Of a stretch of 64,000 nucleotides of DNA, positions 24,840 through 33,900 are shown piece by piece. The translations under genes were made by a program, and so were the position numbers. Source of the DNA: a virus; IMG/VR virus record IMGVR_UViG_3300045988_137242. One strand, given 5' to 3'. Numbering within the stretch: position 1 is the stretch's first letter; each line of letters begins with the position of its first letter. The notes beneath the pieces are model-generated. The model was not told the origin of the DNA. It did no database searches and saw nothing but the letters and a program-made list of their open reading frames with translations.

Positions 24840-25262
24840 TTAAAATTTTTGCACGGTGTACGTTGTGCTCCCTACGTCTGCAACTATGTAGCCTACGCTT
24901 TGCAGTTAAACTCCGCATATAGAGTAGCCGTCTATCGGATGCTAAGCCGACGTATGATTTTCCGACTTCACTACGCTTTGTCGGTACGGACTGCCCTCCG
25001 CACAGGGTTGTTACGTTTCCTCGGTTTGTGGGGTTGTCTCCCCGATTTCCGCTTTCAGTCGTTTTTTATAAGGTGGTCGGCTCAAAGGTAACTACTAACC
25101 GCAAATCACTTCCACCATCTTAGCTAAGTGTGTAGGTAGGATAGACGTTGCATCTACCCCGAACGGCTTGATACCGTATCTACCTTTATTCCTCCGTGAA
25201 ATGTTTATAATGTCTGCCTACATATATTCCTACAATGTAGGCAATGAGTGATGTTATTGTTA

Positions 25263-25493
25263 TTATTGCCATTTCGTTGTCCTCCCTGCTATTTTAGGGT
25301 ATGTCTTGTCAATCAGTCGGCAAACGTTGTCGCTACCGTCATATCTCTCAAGTGTACCGTCGTCCTCCATATTATATAATAATGTGCGGATGTCCTTCTT
25401 CAGCTGATGATTTTCTTGTGCCAATCTGTTCATGTTCGCACAACTTGCTATCAGCATAGCTATTACTGCTATCAATGTTAGTTTCGTTTTCAT
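25263..25493 (-). CDS. small lipoprotein (76 aa)
   Basis: Signal peptide with lipobox: MKTKLTLIAVIAMLIASC. Confidence 0.55.
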   Translation of the reverse strand: MKTKLTLIAVIAMLIASCANMNRLAQENHQLKKDIRTLLYNMEDDGTLERYDGSDNVCRLIDKTYPKIAGRTTKWQ

Positions 25494-25575
25494 TTTCTTG
25501 TCTCCTGTTTTTGTTAAATATTGTGCCGTGTGTGGGCTTGAACCACATGCGAGCCTTTTCTCTCACGGCTAAGGA

Positions 25576-25902
25576 TTATCTCCTTTTTGCTTGAAAATCC
25601 ATCCACCACATATCCAAATCTTCTTGCACCTCCTCAAATATGGTGTTGACTTTTACGTATTTGCTTTCATTTTTCTTGATGAAAGATTTTGCCATCTTTA
25701 AGCAATAAGTTCCTGCAAAGCTTCCGCCCTCCGTTTGATGATTGCCGTAATAGATTGTGAAGTGGTTGGTGTCTTCTTTTTTATGCCCTTTTCTTTGTCC
25801 TACGGCAAGTATACCGTAAAAGGCATTATGAAAAATGTACTGTTCACCTGTGAATATTACATTTACTTCGCAATTGTTTCGATTTAGTTTTGTTATCTCC
25901 AT
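25576..25902 (-). CDS. hypothetical protein (108 aa)
   Basis: Track ORF. Confidence 0.5.
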   Translation of the reverse strand: MEITKLNRNNCEVNVIFTGEQYIFHNAFYGILAVGQRKGHKKEDTNHFTIYYGNHQTEGGSFAGTYCLKMAKSFIKKNESKYVKVNTIFEEVQEDLDMWWMDFQAKRR

Positions 25903-25917
25903 GATTCTTATCTCCTA

Positions 25918-26172
25918 TTATAAAAGTGCTGATTTAAGTTTAGCTATAGCCTTTGATTTCGTCTCGGCATAGCACGGTATATTAATATCTCCATTCTCTC
26001 CGATGTATTCCGCCGCTGTCCACTTGTAGTAGTAGTCCTGTGCATCATACTGGTATTTCGCTTCTTGGATTGTGTCGAACTCATCACATGGAGAGTCGGT
26101 CAGCTTGTCAAATACGGTAACGAAGACTTCTATCTTCACATTCCTACCGTTCACTTTAATCTCTCTTGCCAT
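25918..26172 (-). CDS. hypothetical protein (84 aa)
   Basis: Track ORF. Confidence 0.5.
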   Translation of the reverse strand: MAREIKVNGRNVKIEVFVTVFDKLTDSPCDEFDTIQEAKYQYDAQDYYYKWTAAEYIGENGDINIPCYAETKSKAIAKLKSALL

Positions 26173-26186
26173 TTTCTTGTCTCCTA

Positions 26187-26303
26187 TTTACTTGGTTATT
26201 TTTGTTCTCATTATCTTTCTTGCTATACCTCTTGTTTCTTCGTTGGTGAAGAGAAGACGTATAACTTGTGAGTACTCCTTGTTTGTGATTTTAATTATTG
26301 TCA
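26187..26303 (-). CDS. possible 38-aa protein, first gene of the leftward operon
   Basis: My own translation gives MTIIKITNKEYSQVIRLLFTNEETRGIARKIMRTKITK. It lies directly downstream of the operator region. Confidence 0.3.
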
Positions 26304-26346
26304 TATCTTTAAGTTTTTATTTTCTGCTGCAAATGTAGCTATAATA

Positions 26347-26511
26347 CGTTACATTCACAAATAATTAACACGGAAATGTAACGTTTTAACGTTGAATTAA
26401 CTAAAACACAATGTAATGTTAATATATTACTATAAATATTAACATGTAACGTATATAGGTTGTAAATTGCGTAATATTGTATATCTTTGCAAATTGTATA
26501 TAATGTAACGT
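26347..26511. promoter_or_regulatory. operator-like array of ATGTAACGT repeats plus a -7 box for the XRE gene
   Basis: ATGTAACGT occurs at 26376, 26444 and 26503, ATGTAATGT at 26411, and the inverted ACGTTACAT at 26347. ATTGTATAT occurs twice (26476, 26492). TATCTTTG at 26482-26489 matches TAnnTTTG. Confidence 0.55.
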
Positions 26512-26518
26512 AATAAGT

Positions 26519-26809
26519 ATGAGAATAAAAGAAGTAATGAAGTCACACGGCATCACTCAAGAAGAACTTGCCGCACGCATGGATATTAATAGAGTGTCGG
26601 TAAATCGTCTGTTGAGTGAAAAAAATGATATGCGTATGTCTACACTTCAAAAATTTGCAGACGCTATTGGTTGTCGTGTGACTGAACTTATAGAAGAAAG
26701 AAGTGAAGAATTCACGGCATTTATCAAGTATAAGGATATACATTATACTGCCGATTCGCTTGCCGAATTAAATAAAATAGTTGAGGAATTAAATATTATT
26801 GCAAAATGA
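26519..26809 (+). CDS. XRE-family HTH transcriptional regulator
   Basis: MRIKEVMKSHGITQEELAARMDINRVSVNRLLSEKNDMRMSTLQKFADAIGCRVTELI is a typical HTH_3 pattern. Confidence 0.75.
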   Translation: MRIKEVMKSHGITQEELAARMDINRVSVNRLLSEKNDMRMSTLQKFADAIGCRVTELIEERSEEFTAFIKYKDIHYTADSLAELNKIVEELNIIAK

Positions 26810-27396
26810 AAAAGTTTTTTTTATGTATGATGTGCTTATTTGCTCTGTGCGGATATGCGCAAGAAGATGAGGATGATTTAATCGGTGGCAAGCGTTATAA
26901 TGAATGGCTCGCAAATCTGACATGCACGGAAGTTTGCGGTGTTCGTTTTGGCTCGCAATATGAAACCGCAAAAGAAGTATTGCAAAATAAGTTCGGAAGT
27001 CCAGATTATACCCTTACAGACGAAAACCAAATAGTATATAACTATAAGACGTATGGCGGTATTGCTTTTTCGACAATTGTCTTTGCTTTTCAACGGAACA
27101 ACAATAATAGCTACATGAATCAATGTGTTATGTTGATAGACTGCAAAACCGCGCAAGAAGTAAAAGAGAAAAGGGATTATATATTTTCTAAGGTGATAGA
27201 AAAATATGGTACATGGAATGAATATATTGACAAGAATGGATTTAAATATTATCAAAGTGGTATATCGCCATTAGGCGGTGAAATAGGTAGTGGGTTCGAT
27301 ATTGACGTGATGAAATATAACAAGCCGTACAACGGATATAATTACTTTGCACGTATAATATACGGACCATACAACTACATACACGAAGAGTTTTGA
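26806..27396 (+). CDS. secreted protein or lipoprotein (196 aa), translationally coupled to the XRE gene
   Basis: ATGA overlap with the XRE stop. Signal-like MKKFFLCMMCLFALCGYAQ. Confidence 0.55.
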   Translation: MKKFFLCMMCLFALCGYAQEDEDDLIGGKRYNEWLANLTCTEVCGVRFGSQYETAKEVLQNKFGSPDYTLTDENQIVYNYKTYGGIAFSTIVFAFQRNNNNSYMNQCVMLIDCKTAQEVKEKRDYIFSKVIEKYGTWNEYIDKNGFKYYQSGISPLGGEIGSGFDIDVMKYNKPYNGYNYFARIIYGPYNYIHEEF

Positions 27397-27405
27397 TGCG
27401 CAGCC

Positions 27406-27449
27406 ATGGGGGACGGTGCTCCGCACCGTGGGGGCTCGCCCCCTTATCC
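27406..27449 (+). terminator. 44-nt double-hairpin element, copy B (probable terminator of 26806-27396)
   Basis: GGGGG-ACGGTGCtccGCACCGT-GGGGGCtcGCCCCC-TTATCCCC, starting 10 nt after the stop codon. The stems differ from copy A but pairing is preserved. Confidence 0.65.
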
Positions 27450-27665
27450 CCTCCTCGTTTTGTTGTTCCCTCCTCCATGTGTAGATAAAGAGGGAAGAAG
27501 TAAAGGAGACAAGCAGATACAAGGCAAACAAGACAAAACAAGCGAAAACAAGCACCTTGATTAAGTCAAACGTAAAACAAAACGTCCAACACCGAAAAAT
27601 CAGCGCAAAAACAGCGAAAATCATATAACATTCATGCACGTGCGTACCTTATTATATAGAGAAGT

Positions 27666-27765
27666 GAAAAATTGCGAAAAATATTGACAGAAAAGCAGGA
27701 GAAAAGCACGAAAAATCAACGGAAAAACAGAACAATCGAGATTTGAAAGAAAAATTGCGAAAAAT
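27666..27765 (+). repeat. 17-nt perfect direct repeat pair inside a purine-rich non-coding tract
   Basis: GAAAAATTGCGAAAAAT occurs at 27666-27682 and 27749-27765. Related GCGAAAA units are nearby. Confidence 0.8.
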
Positions 27766-27990
27766 GCTTGTACTCACCCTCGGAGAGATTTTGACTAACA
27801 CTTTAAAAATCAAATGGTTGTAAAAATTTTTACAATTTATAAAAATCGTAGAGTAGTATACAAATCGGGCTTGTTTTTAACGGAAATTAGGGGAAAAAGA
27901 GGACAATTTTGGCTCCGACAAAGAAAAATGTTTACAAAGCGGTGGGGAAAACGTGGGTTGGGAGACGAGTTTATGAGGTATTTTTTAGCG

Positions 27991-28061
27991 TATTTTTGGC
28001 GCATTAAGGCGCAATTGAGCGTGTTTAAGCGCAATTTGGGCGCAATATAAAGCGCAATAAT
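27991..28061 (+). repeat. helically phased array of seven GCG(C/T)(A/G)(A/T)T units
   Basis: Units start at 27991, 28001, 28011, 28021, 28031, 28042 and 28054, giving a 10-12 bp period. Five read GCGCAAT or GCGCATT. The array ends 28 nt before the ATG at 28089. Confidence 0.8.
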
Positions 28062-28088
28062 GGAATAGAATGCTAAAAAATACAAGAT

Positions 28089-28832
28089 ATGAGAGAGATT
28101 AATTGGATATGTAGGAGAGAGTTGAGCGTGGCTCCTGTATTAGGGGACAGACTTAACTGGGTGGCTACGGCTGCGGCTTTAGGACTTGGTGCGCTGTCGG
28201 CAGGAACTTCCGTGGCAGGTGGGCTGTTGTCTCGCAATGCGGCAAAAAAAGCGGCAAGACAGGTTAAGTACAGACGCAATGCGGAGAAGGCATGGTATGA
28301 TAAGGAGTATAACACGGACTACATTGATACGAAGGCAGGGCAAAACCTTATGAGACGTGCGCAAGAGGTACAGGATAAGTATGTCAAGCGTGCAGAGGGT
28401 GCTGCTGCTGTTGGTGGCGGTACGGATGCTTCTGTTGCTCTTGCCAAAGAGAACGCTAACAAGGCGGTGAGTGATACGATTGCGAACGTTGCTGCACAGG
28501 ACACGGCACGTAAGCAGAGAGTAGCTGACCAACATCTTGCTAACAATAACGTTATCTCTGCGCAATCGCAACAGGTAGAGCAGAGTAAAGCGGATGCAAC
28601 GGCAGGGGCTGCACAAGGTGCGTCGAATGCTGCGGCAAGTGCGGCAATCCTTGTGGGGTTACAACCTAACAAGGCTAATGCGGTGAGTGATAGCAAGTTA
28701 GCAGGTAAGGATGCGGCAGTTGGTAACACAGATGTAACACAACAGCCACAAAGCACCTCTTCTCCTGTAGATAATGTGCCTTCGCTTGATGATGCGGTAG
28801 GAGTAAGCAGGAGTAAGACGAGGTATCTGTAG
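28089..28832 (+). CDS. putative internal virion protein (247 aa, Ala-rich, hydrophobic N-terminal segment)
   Basis: LNWVATAAALGLGALSAGTSVAGGLL is followed by an A/Q/K-rich sequence. First gene of the plus-strand block. Confidence 0.5.
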   Translation: MREINWICRRELSVAPVLGDRLNWVATAAALGLGALSAGTSVAGGLLSRNAAKKAARQVKYRRNAEKAWYDKEYNTDYIDTKAGQNLMRRAQEVQDKYVKRAEGAAAVGGGTDASVALAKENANKAVSDTIANVAAQDTARKQRVADQHLANNNVISAQSQQVEQSKADATAGAAQGASNAAASAAILVGLQPNKANAVSDSKLAGKDAAVGNTDVTQQPQSTSSPVDNVPSLDDAVGVSRSKTRYL

Positions 28833-29095
28833 CCGTGAGGTGGTGGAGTGGTGAGCGATGTCACGAGGTGGCGATGGCTGACGAGACGGTGAGGCATGAG
28901 GCAGGGTGATAGGCGACCCAAAGGGGTACACCCCCTTGACCACCGCTGCGAATTATAGTGGATAAATACATAAATAAAAACCCACCATCCCCCCCCACCC
29001 CTATCTTCCAAAATCGGTTTTCCGATTTCCCCCACCCCTAAAAAATCGGAGTATGTTAAAACGTTTAACAATTAATTAATAAGGACAATATCGAT

Positions 29096-29620
29096 ATGAG
29101 CAAGAGAACAATCAAGAATAACAGTAATAGTAAGGAGTTTGAGAAAGCCAAAGGCAAGTGTTTTTTTTCGTTCTATGATGTAGACAATGATTGTGAAGGT
29201 GATAAGTCTTTGCATAATAAGGAGAGAAGCAGTAAGAAGATTAAATTGCGTATTGACCCGAACGTTGAGATTTTCAAGATGTTCATTGATAGGGTTAAGG
29301 AAGATGGCGAGAAGGAGGGCAATGCGGTTGTTGATAATTCGGCATTGAAGGAAGCGGCAAGGCAGTTCAATGATGCCATGTTGGATGAGTTGCAGGACAG
29401 GTTGAAGAGACAGGCGAGTGTTTATGATCGTGTTGTTGAGACTTTGTTTGGCGAGCTGAACCGTTTGCGTGGTCGCATTAAGGAGCTTGAGAATTCTTTG
29501 TTGGAGAAGGATGAGGTTCTTGATGATGTGATTGAGGAGTTGGCAGACAAGGAAAGGCAGTTGTCGGCTGTTCGTGATGCTGTTGGTTATGGTGTTGATG
29601 TCAAGTGTGATGAGTTATGA
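29096..29620 (+). CDS. coiled-coil protein (174 aa)
   Basis: The C-terminal half is heptad-like and E/L/R-rich. 4-nt overlap with the next gene. Confidence 0.5.
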   Translation: MSKRTIKNNSNSKEFEKAKGKCFFSFYDVDNDCEGDKSLHNKERSSKKIKLRIDPNVEIFKMFIDRVKEDGEKEGNAVVDNSALKEAARQFNDAMLDELQDRLKRQASVYDRVVETLFGELNRLRGRIKELENSLLEKDEVLDDVIEELADKERQLSAVRDAVGYGVDVKCDEL

Positions 29621-30939
29621 TATATCAGGATGTGAATAATAATAATGGCAATAACAATGGGAATGGTGTTGTTCAACAGCCAGTTCAGCCTCAGCAGCAG
29701 CAGCCTAATAAGGTTGCGATAAGTGAGCCTGCCCCTATGGTTCAACAGGCGGCTCAACAGAGTTTTGCCATGAATAATTTTTTCAATGGCGGCAATAGGG
29801 CGGTTGGCAGGTTTGAGAATCCGAATGTTGTGAATCCTCCTTTGGTGAATGCCGGTGAGAGTGTTCCTGAGCAGCCGAAGAATCCAGCTCCTGTGACAGA
29901 TGAACCTTCTCATGCTCCGAGTTGGGAGGAGATGGACAACATGGCTCAGGACAATGTCAACAATAGCAATGATGGTGGCGGCAGTAGTCTTTCTCTTTCG
30001 GATGTATTGAATGGAGGTAGTGGTAATGCAAGCCGTGACGAGAAGTCACAGTTTGTTGCGGAGCCAGAGAAGAAGGATGGTGGTTTCTTCAAGTGGATAA
30101 AGGGTCTGTTGCCGAAGAGCCGTCCGGGCATGAGGGAAGGCGAGACAGAGGACGAGTATGACAGACGGAGGACACGTAACATGCAGATGGTGGCGACGCT
30201 TGCAGATGCGATACGCCATATCGGCAATATCGTGAATACATCGAAGGGTGCGACACAGCAGAAGTTCAATAGTCCAGTGGAGTTGTTGGAGCAGGGTTAT
30301 CAGCAGCGTAAGGCAGAGCGTCAGAAGCAGGCGGCGTTGGATGCGGATGCGGCTTACAAGCTTGCGGATTTGAGTTTGAAGGAGAAGGCGGCAGAGGCTA
30401 ACCGTTCGTATAAGGACTTCGCCAGACAGATGAATGTAGCTAAGTTCGGCTATCAGCAGGCAAAGGATGAGGCAGAGCGAAAGCGCAGGGCAGAACGAGA
30501 TGCGGAGAATAAGGACTATAAGGAGAGAGTTTTTGCGCACAGGAAGGAGCAGGATAAGATTTCCAATAGTTTAAGACAGCAGTCCATCAACAAGCGTGGC
30601 AGCGGTGGTGGAGGAAAGAAAGGCGGTTCCTCTTCGCATAAATACGTTACTTGGGATGCAGACGGTAATCCTCATTATGCAGAGAATAAGACGATGTATG
30701 AAGCCAATGAAGCCTATTACAACGGAAATACAGGAGGCAAGACCTCACGTTCGGTAAGCAAGGAGAACGTAACAAGCAAGGGCTTGGAGAGAGTTACAAA
30801 CCGAACGTCCGGTCCATCTGTTGCTCAACAGGCAGGAGCACAGAGAAGAAAGCGTGATGAAGCGAGGAGAGCAGCCAAGCCAAAGCAGAAAGGCAAGAGT
30901 AGTGGTAAGAAAGGCTGGGCATCCGGTTTTAAATTATAA
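29617..30939 (+). CDS. low-complexity putative internal virion protein (440 aa)
   Basis: N/Q/G-rich N-terminus, K/R/E/A-rich centre, G/K-rich C-terminus. Confidence 0.5.
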   Translation: MIYQDVNNNNGNNNGNGVVQQPVQPQQQQPNKVAISEPAPMVQQAAQQSFAMNNFFNGGNRAVGRFENPNVVNPPLVNAGESVPEQPKNPAPVTDEPSHAPSWEEMDNMAQDNVNNSNDGGGSSLSLSDVLNGGSGNASRDEKSQFVAEPEKKDGGFFKWIKGLLPKSRPGMREGETEDEYDRRRTRNMQMVATLADAIRHIGNIVNTSKGATQQKFNSPVELLEQGYQQRKAERQKQAALDADAAYKLADLSLKEKAAEANRSYKDFARQMNVAKFGYQQAKDEAERKRRAERDAENKDYKERVFAHRKEQDKISNSLRQQSINKRGSGGGGKKGGSSSHKYVTWDADGNPHYAENKTMYEANEAYYNGNTGGKTSRSVSKENVTSKGLERVTNRTSGPSVAQQAGAQRRKRDEARRAAKPKQKGKSSGKKGWASGFKL

Positions 30940-30957
30940 TCAAAAGAGAGAAAAGCA

Positions 30958-33900
30958 ATGGCAATAGATAGAACGAAATTAAAGCAGATACACAATCTGT
31001 TGGCGCAGAACGGTTTTGCGCAGGACTATTCTACGTTTGAGAAGAAGTTTGCTGGTAATGCAAATTACGGCAACCGCAAGAAGGTTTATGACCTTATCAC
31101 TGAGAATGGCGGTGATATAGGCGGTTCGTATGAAGATTTCATGAAAAGGATTCAATCGAAGCCTCAGACTACTTCTCAGAGAGCGATGCAGTTTGGTGGT
31201 AGGCAGTTGCCGAAGCCTAAGCGTGCTCCGAGTAACGCTTCTCCATTCGTGCAGTCGCTGTATGCGAAGGATATGGCGGAGCGAGGTGAGCAGCAGCCTA
31301 CGGACTATGTGAGCAAGAGAGAGGACTACACTTCTCCGAAGGCTGTTCAGAACATGAGCAGGAGAAGTCAGATGGCAGGCAGGAATGCGGCTAAGTCGGC
31401 TGCAAAGGAGATAGACAAGCAGTATATGCAGTCGCAGCCAGTGATGAATACAGGAACTCCGGCAGATGAGTATGTAGGCAAGACAGAGAGACAGTTGGAG
31501 AAGCAGATGAGTGATGCTGCAGACCAATTTGTGAAGAACAATATGAGTAGCTACATTGCAAATGCAGTCTCTGGAGAACAGGATGCAGCCTTGCAGCGAG
31601 CACTCAATGCTACAGACAATGTTCCTTCAATGGCAGGATTGGGAGGAATGGGTCTGATGGTGAAAGGCAAGACTTTCAACGAACAGGTAGACCCGGATTT
31701 GATGATAAAGAATCTTGAAGGGAACTTGGATAAGAACTTGCAGAATATCTTTTCCAATCCGCAGGTTGCACAGAAGATAGAAGCAGATGCAAGAAATCTT
31801 GGTGTTTCAGTAGATACATATATCCAACGTATAGTGCCAAGCTTGCGGAATAGTCTTGCCAATGCTCTTAATGAATCGGAATATCAAAGAGCTTTGCCTA
31901 AGAATATGCTTGACAATGTAGCAAACAGATTTATCAATTCAAATACGTTGGGCAAGATGATTAGGCTTGCCACACAGACAAGGAGCCAGAGAGTCATGAA
32001 CGAACAGGCTATGGCAGCAACGGCAGCAGGCGAGAATCCATATTACAAGAGCGGAGCAATAGAAAATGTTACGGCAGATGTTGGCGGTATGGTGCTTGAT
32101 CCTGTTTTCGGTGGTGCCGCCAAGGGTGGTGCGATGGTAGCAGGCAAGTTGTTAGGCAGTGGAGCGAAAGCTGCAGCAGTAATGGCGAACGGCACGTTGG
32201 CGCAGCGTTTGGGTATGAAGGCTGCGCAGGCGGCGGTAGGTGGCGGAACAACAGGTTTTTTATTTGATGCGACAAATTCCGTTGTTCAGAATTTCTCTAC
32301 TGGTGAAGATACATCTTTGGGTAATACGTTGAAGACAGCAGTAACTGGCGGAGCAAAAGGTGCTGTGAATTTTGGCATTATGGGACTGACTGGAGTTCCT
32401 CTCGGAGAGCTTGGAAGAGGTGTCGGCATAAAGGCTGGCGGTTCATTCTGGGGTAATGTAGGAAGGGCGACAGGAAAGGTGAGCCTTGAAGCAGGCAAGA
32501 CCTATATGGAAGCTATGGGAATGTATCTCGGCGGTTATGCAGTGGGTAAGCTTGAAGGAGCCAAGGATGCCAATGGCAAGCCTATAGAGTTTGACTTGTT
32601 TGACGGAACGTTGGAGAGTCTTCCTACGGCAATCGGTTTCCGTGTTCAGCATGCACTTGGCGGTTTGAAGGGCGGCAGGAAGAATGCTAAGGGTGAAGAT
32701 ATAGGATGGTTGGGTTCTACTGTAGCGAACGTGAAGGAGTTTCTTACTTCCGACAAGGCGAAGACCTCGAACATGCTCATGAGCGAAGACGAGAGACAGC
32801 AGATATTCAATTCCGGGGCGCAGAACGGCGTGATGCGAGACGGAGAGAACATAGTGAGCTATGCGAGGAGGACAAAGAAGAACAAACTCCACTATGATGA
32901 TCCACGGACTTATGACGACCCTACAGGAAAGGAGAGCATAGAGTCAGACGTGGAGATGATGAAGAACACCTACGACCAGATAATGGCAGACCCGAAAGTA
33001 TCTTGGGATGCAAAGGCGAAGTTCTCTGCAATGGTAATGGGTGTGATGCCCGATTCGCGTCCTATGATGGACTATTGCACGTTTACGACAGAGAAGGTAG
33101 GCGGTGACGAGGCAGGAGTGAAGAAGTATATCAACGAGTATTCTGCCGACGGTACGCTGTTGTCGAAGACAAGTTACGACAATGTAGACAAGAGAGAACA
33201 GGCGTTGTATAAGATGGCGATGACAAAGGAAGGTCAGAGGCTTTGGAACGTGATGGGTACGCTTGTGGGCATAGACAAGAACAACTATGACTACCAAAAC
33301 GCTTTCTTTATGGAACGTGTGAAGGATGCGAAGGACGGTGCGGAGATACAGGCGTTTGCTGACGGAATGGGCACGAAGGGTTCGGCGGTGGAACAGGAGT
33401 TCACCAACTGGGTCTTGAACAACGGTTCGGTAATGAAGGCAATTGATGCGTTTGCCCAAGAGAGCGGCATGAAGAAAGAAGATGTTGTGAAGCTGATGAA
33501 CAAAGACCCTTTGCACAGGACGGAGGAAGAGCAGCTGCTGTGCGTGAAGCTCCGCAGGGAGATGGAGAAACAGGCATTCCCTGCCGACAAGGTTCATGAG
33601 GAGCAGAGCAATCTGGAGGGTAAGGACGTAGCGGACGACAATAGCCTTGGTACGGAGGAGCCTAATACAGGAGCCGTGGCAGAGCAGCTTGACAATCTCT
33701 CCAAGGCAGAAGAGGGTGTTGAGGCTCTGATGAGAGATAATGACGTGTTCGGAGACAACTTCAAGAAGATGCAGGAGGAGGGTATGACCAATCCTCAGAT
33801 ATACGACTGGATGATACAGAATGGCGGCATGACTCAGGAGCAGTTGAAGCCTTTTGCCGACTACATCAATGCCAATGCGAGGGTGCAGGGCATGCAGCAG

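Noticed and set aside
24816-25091. 91-aa plus-strand ORF in the hairpin-dense island
   Set aside because: The sequence is Arg/Leu/Tyr/Ala-rich and runs through several stem-loops. No neighbouring plus-strand genes exist.
27991-28061. CRISPR-like array
   Set aside because: The units are only 7 nt with 3-5 nt between them, there are no spacers of plausible length, and there are no cas genes.
28179-29071. Minus-strand ORFs of 145 and 250 aa overlapping 28089-28832
   Set aside because: They are shadow frames of an Ala-rich (GC-rich codon) gene. They extend across an intergenic hairpin region and have implausible composition.
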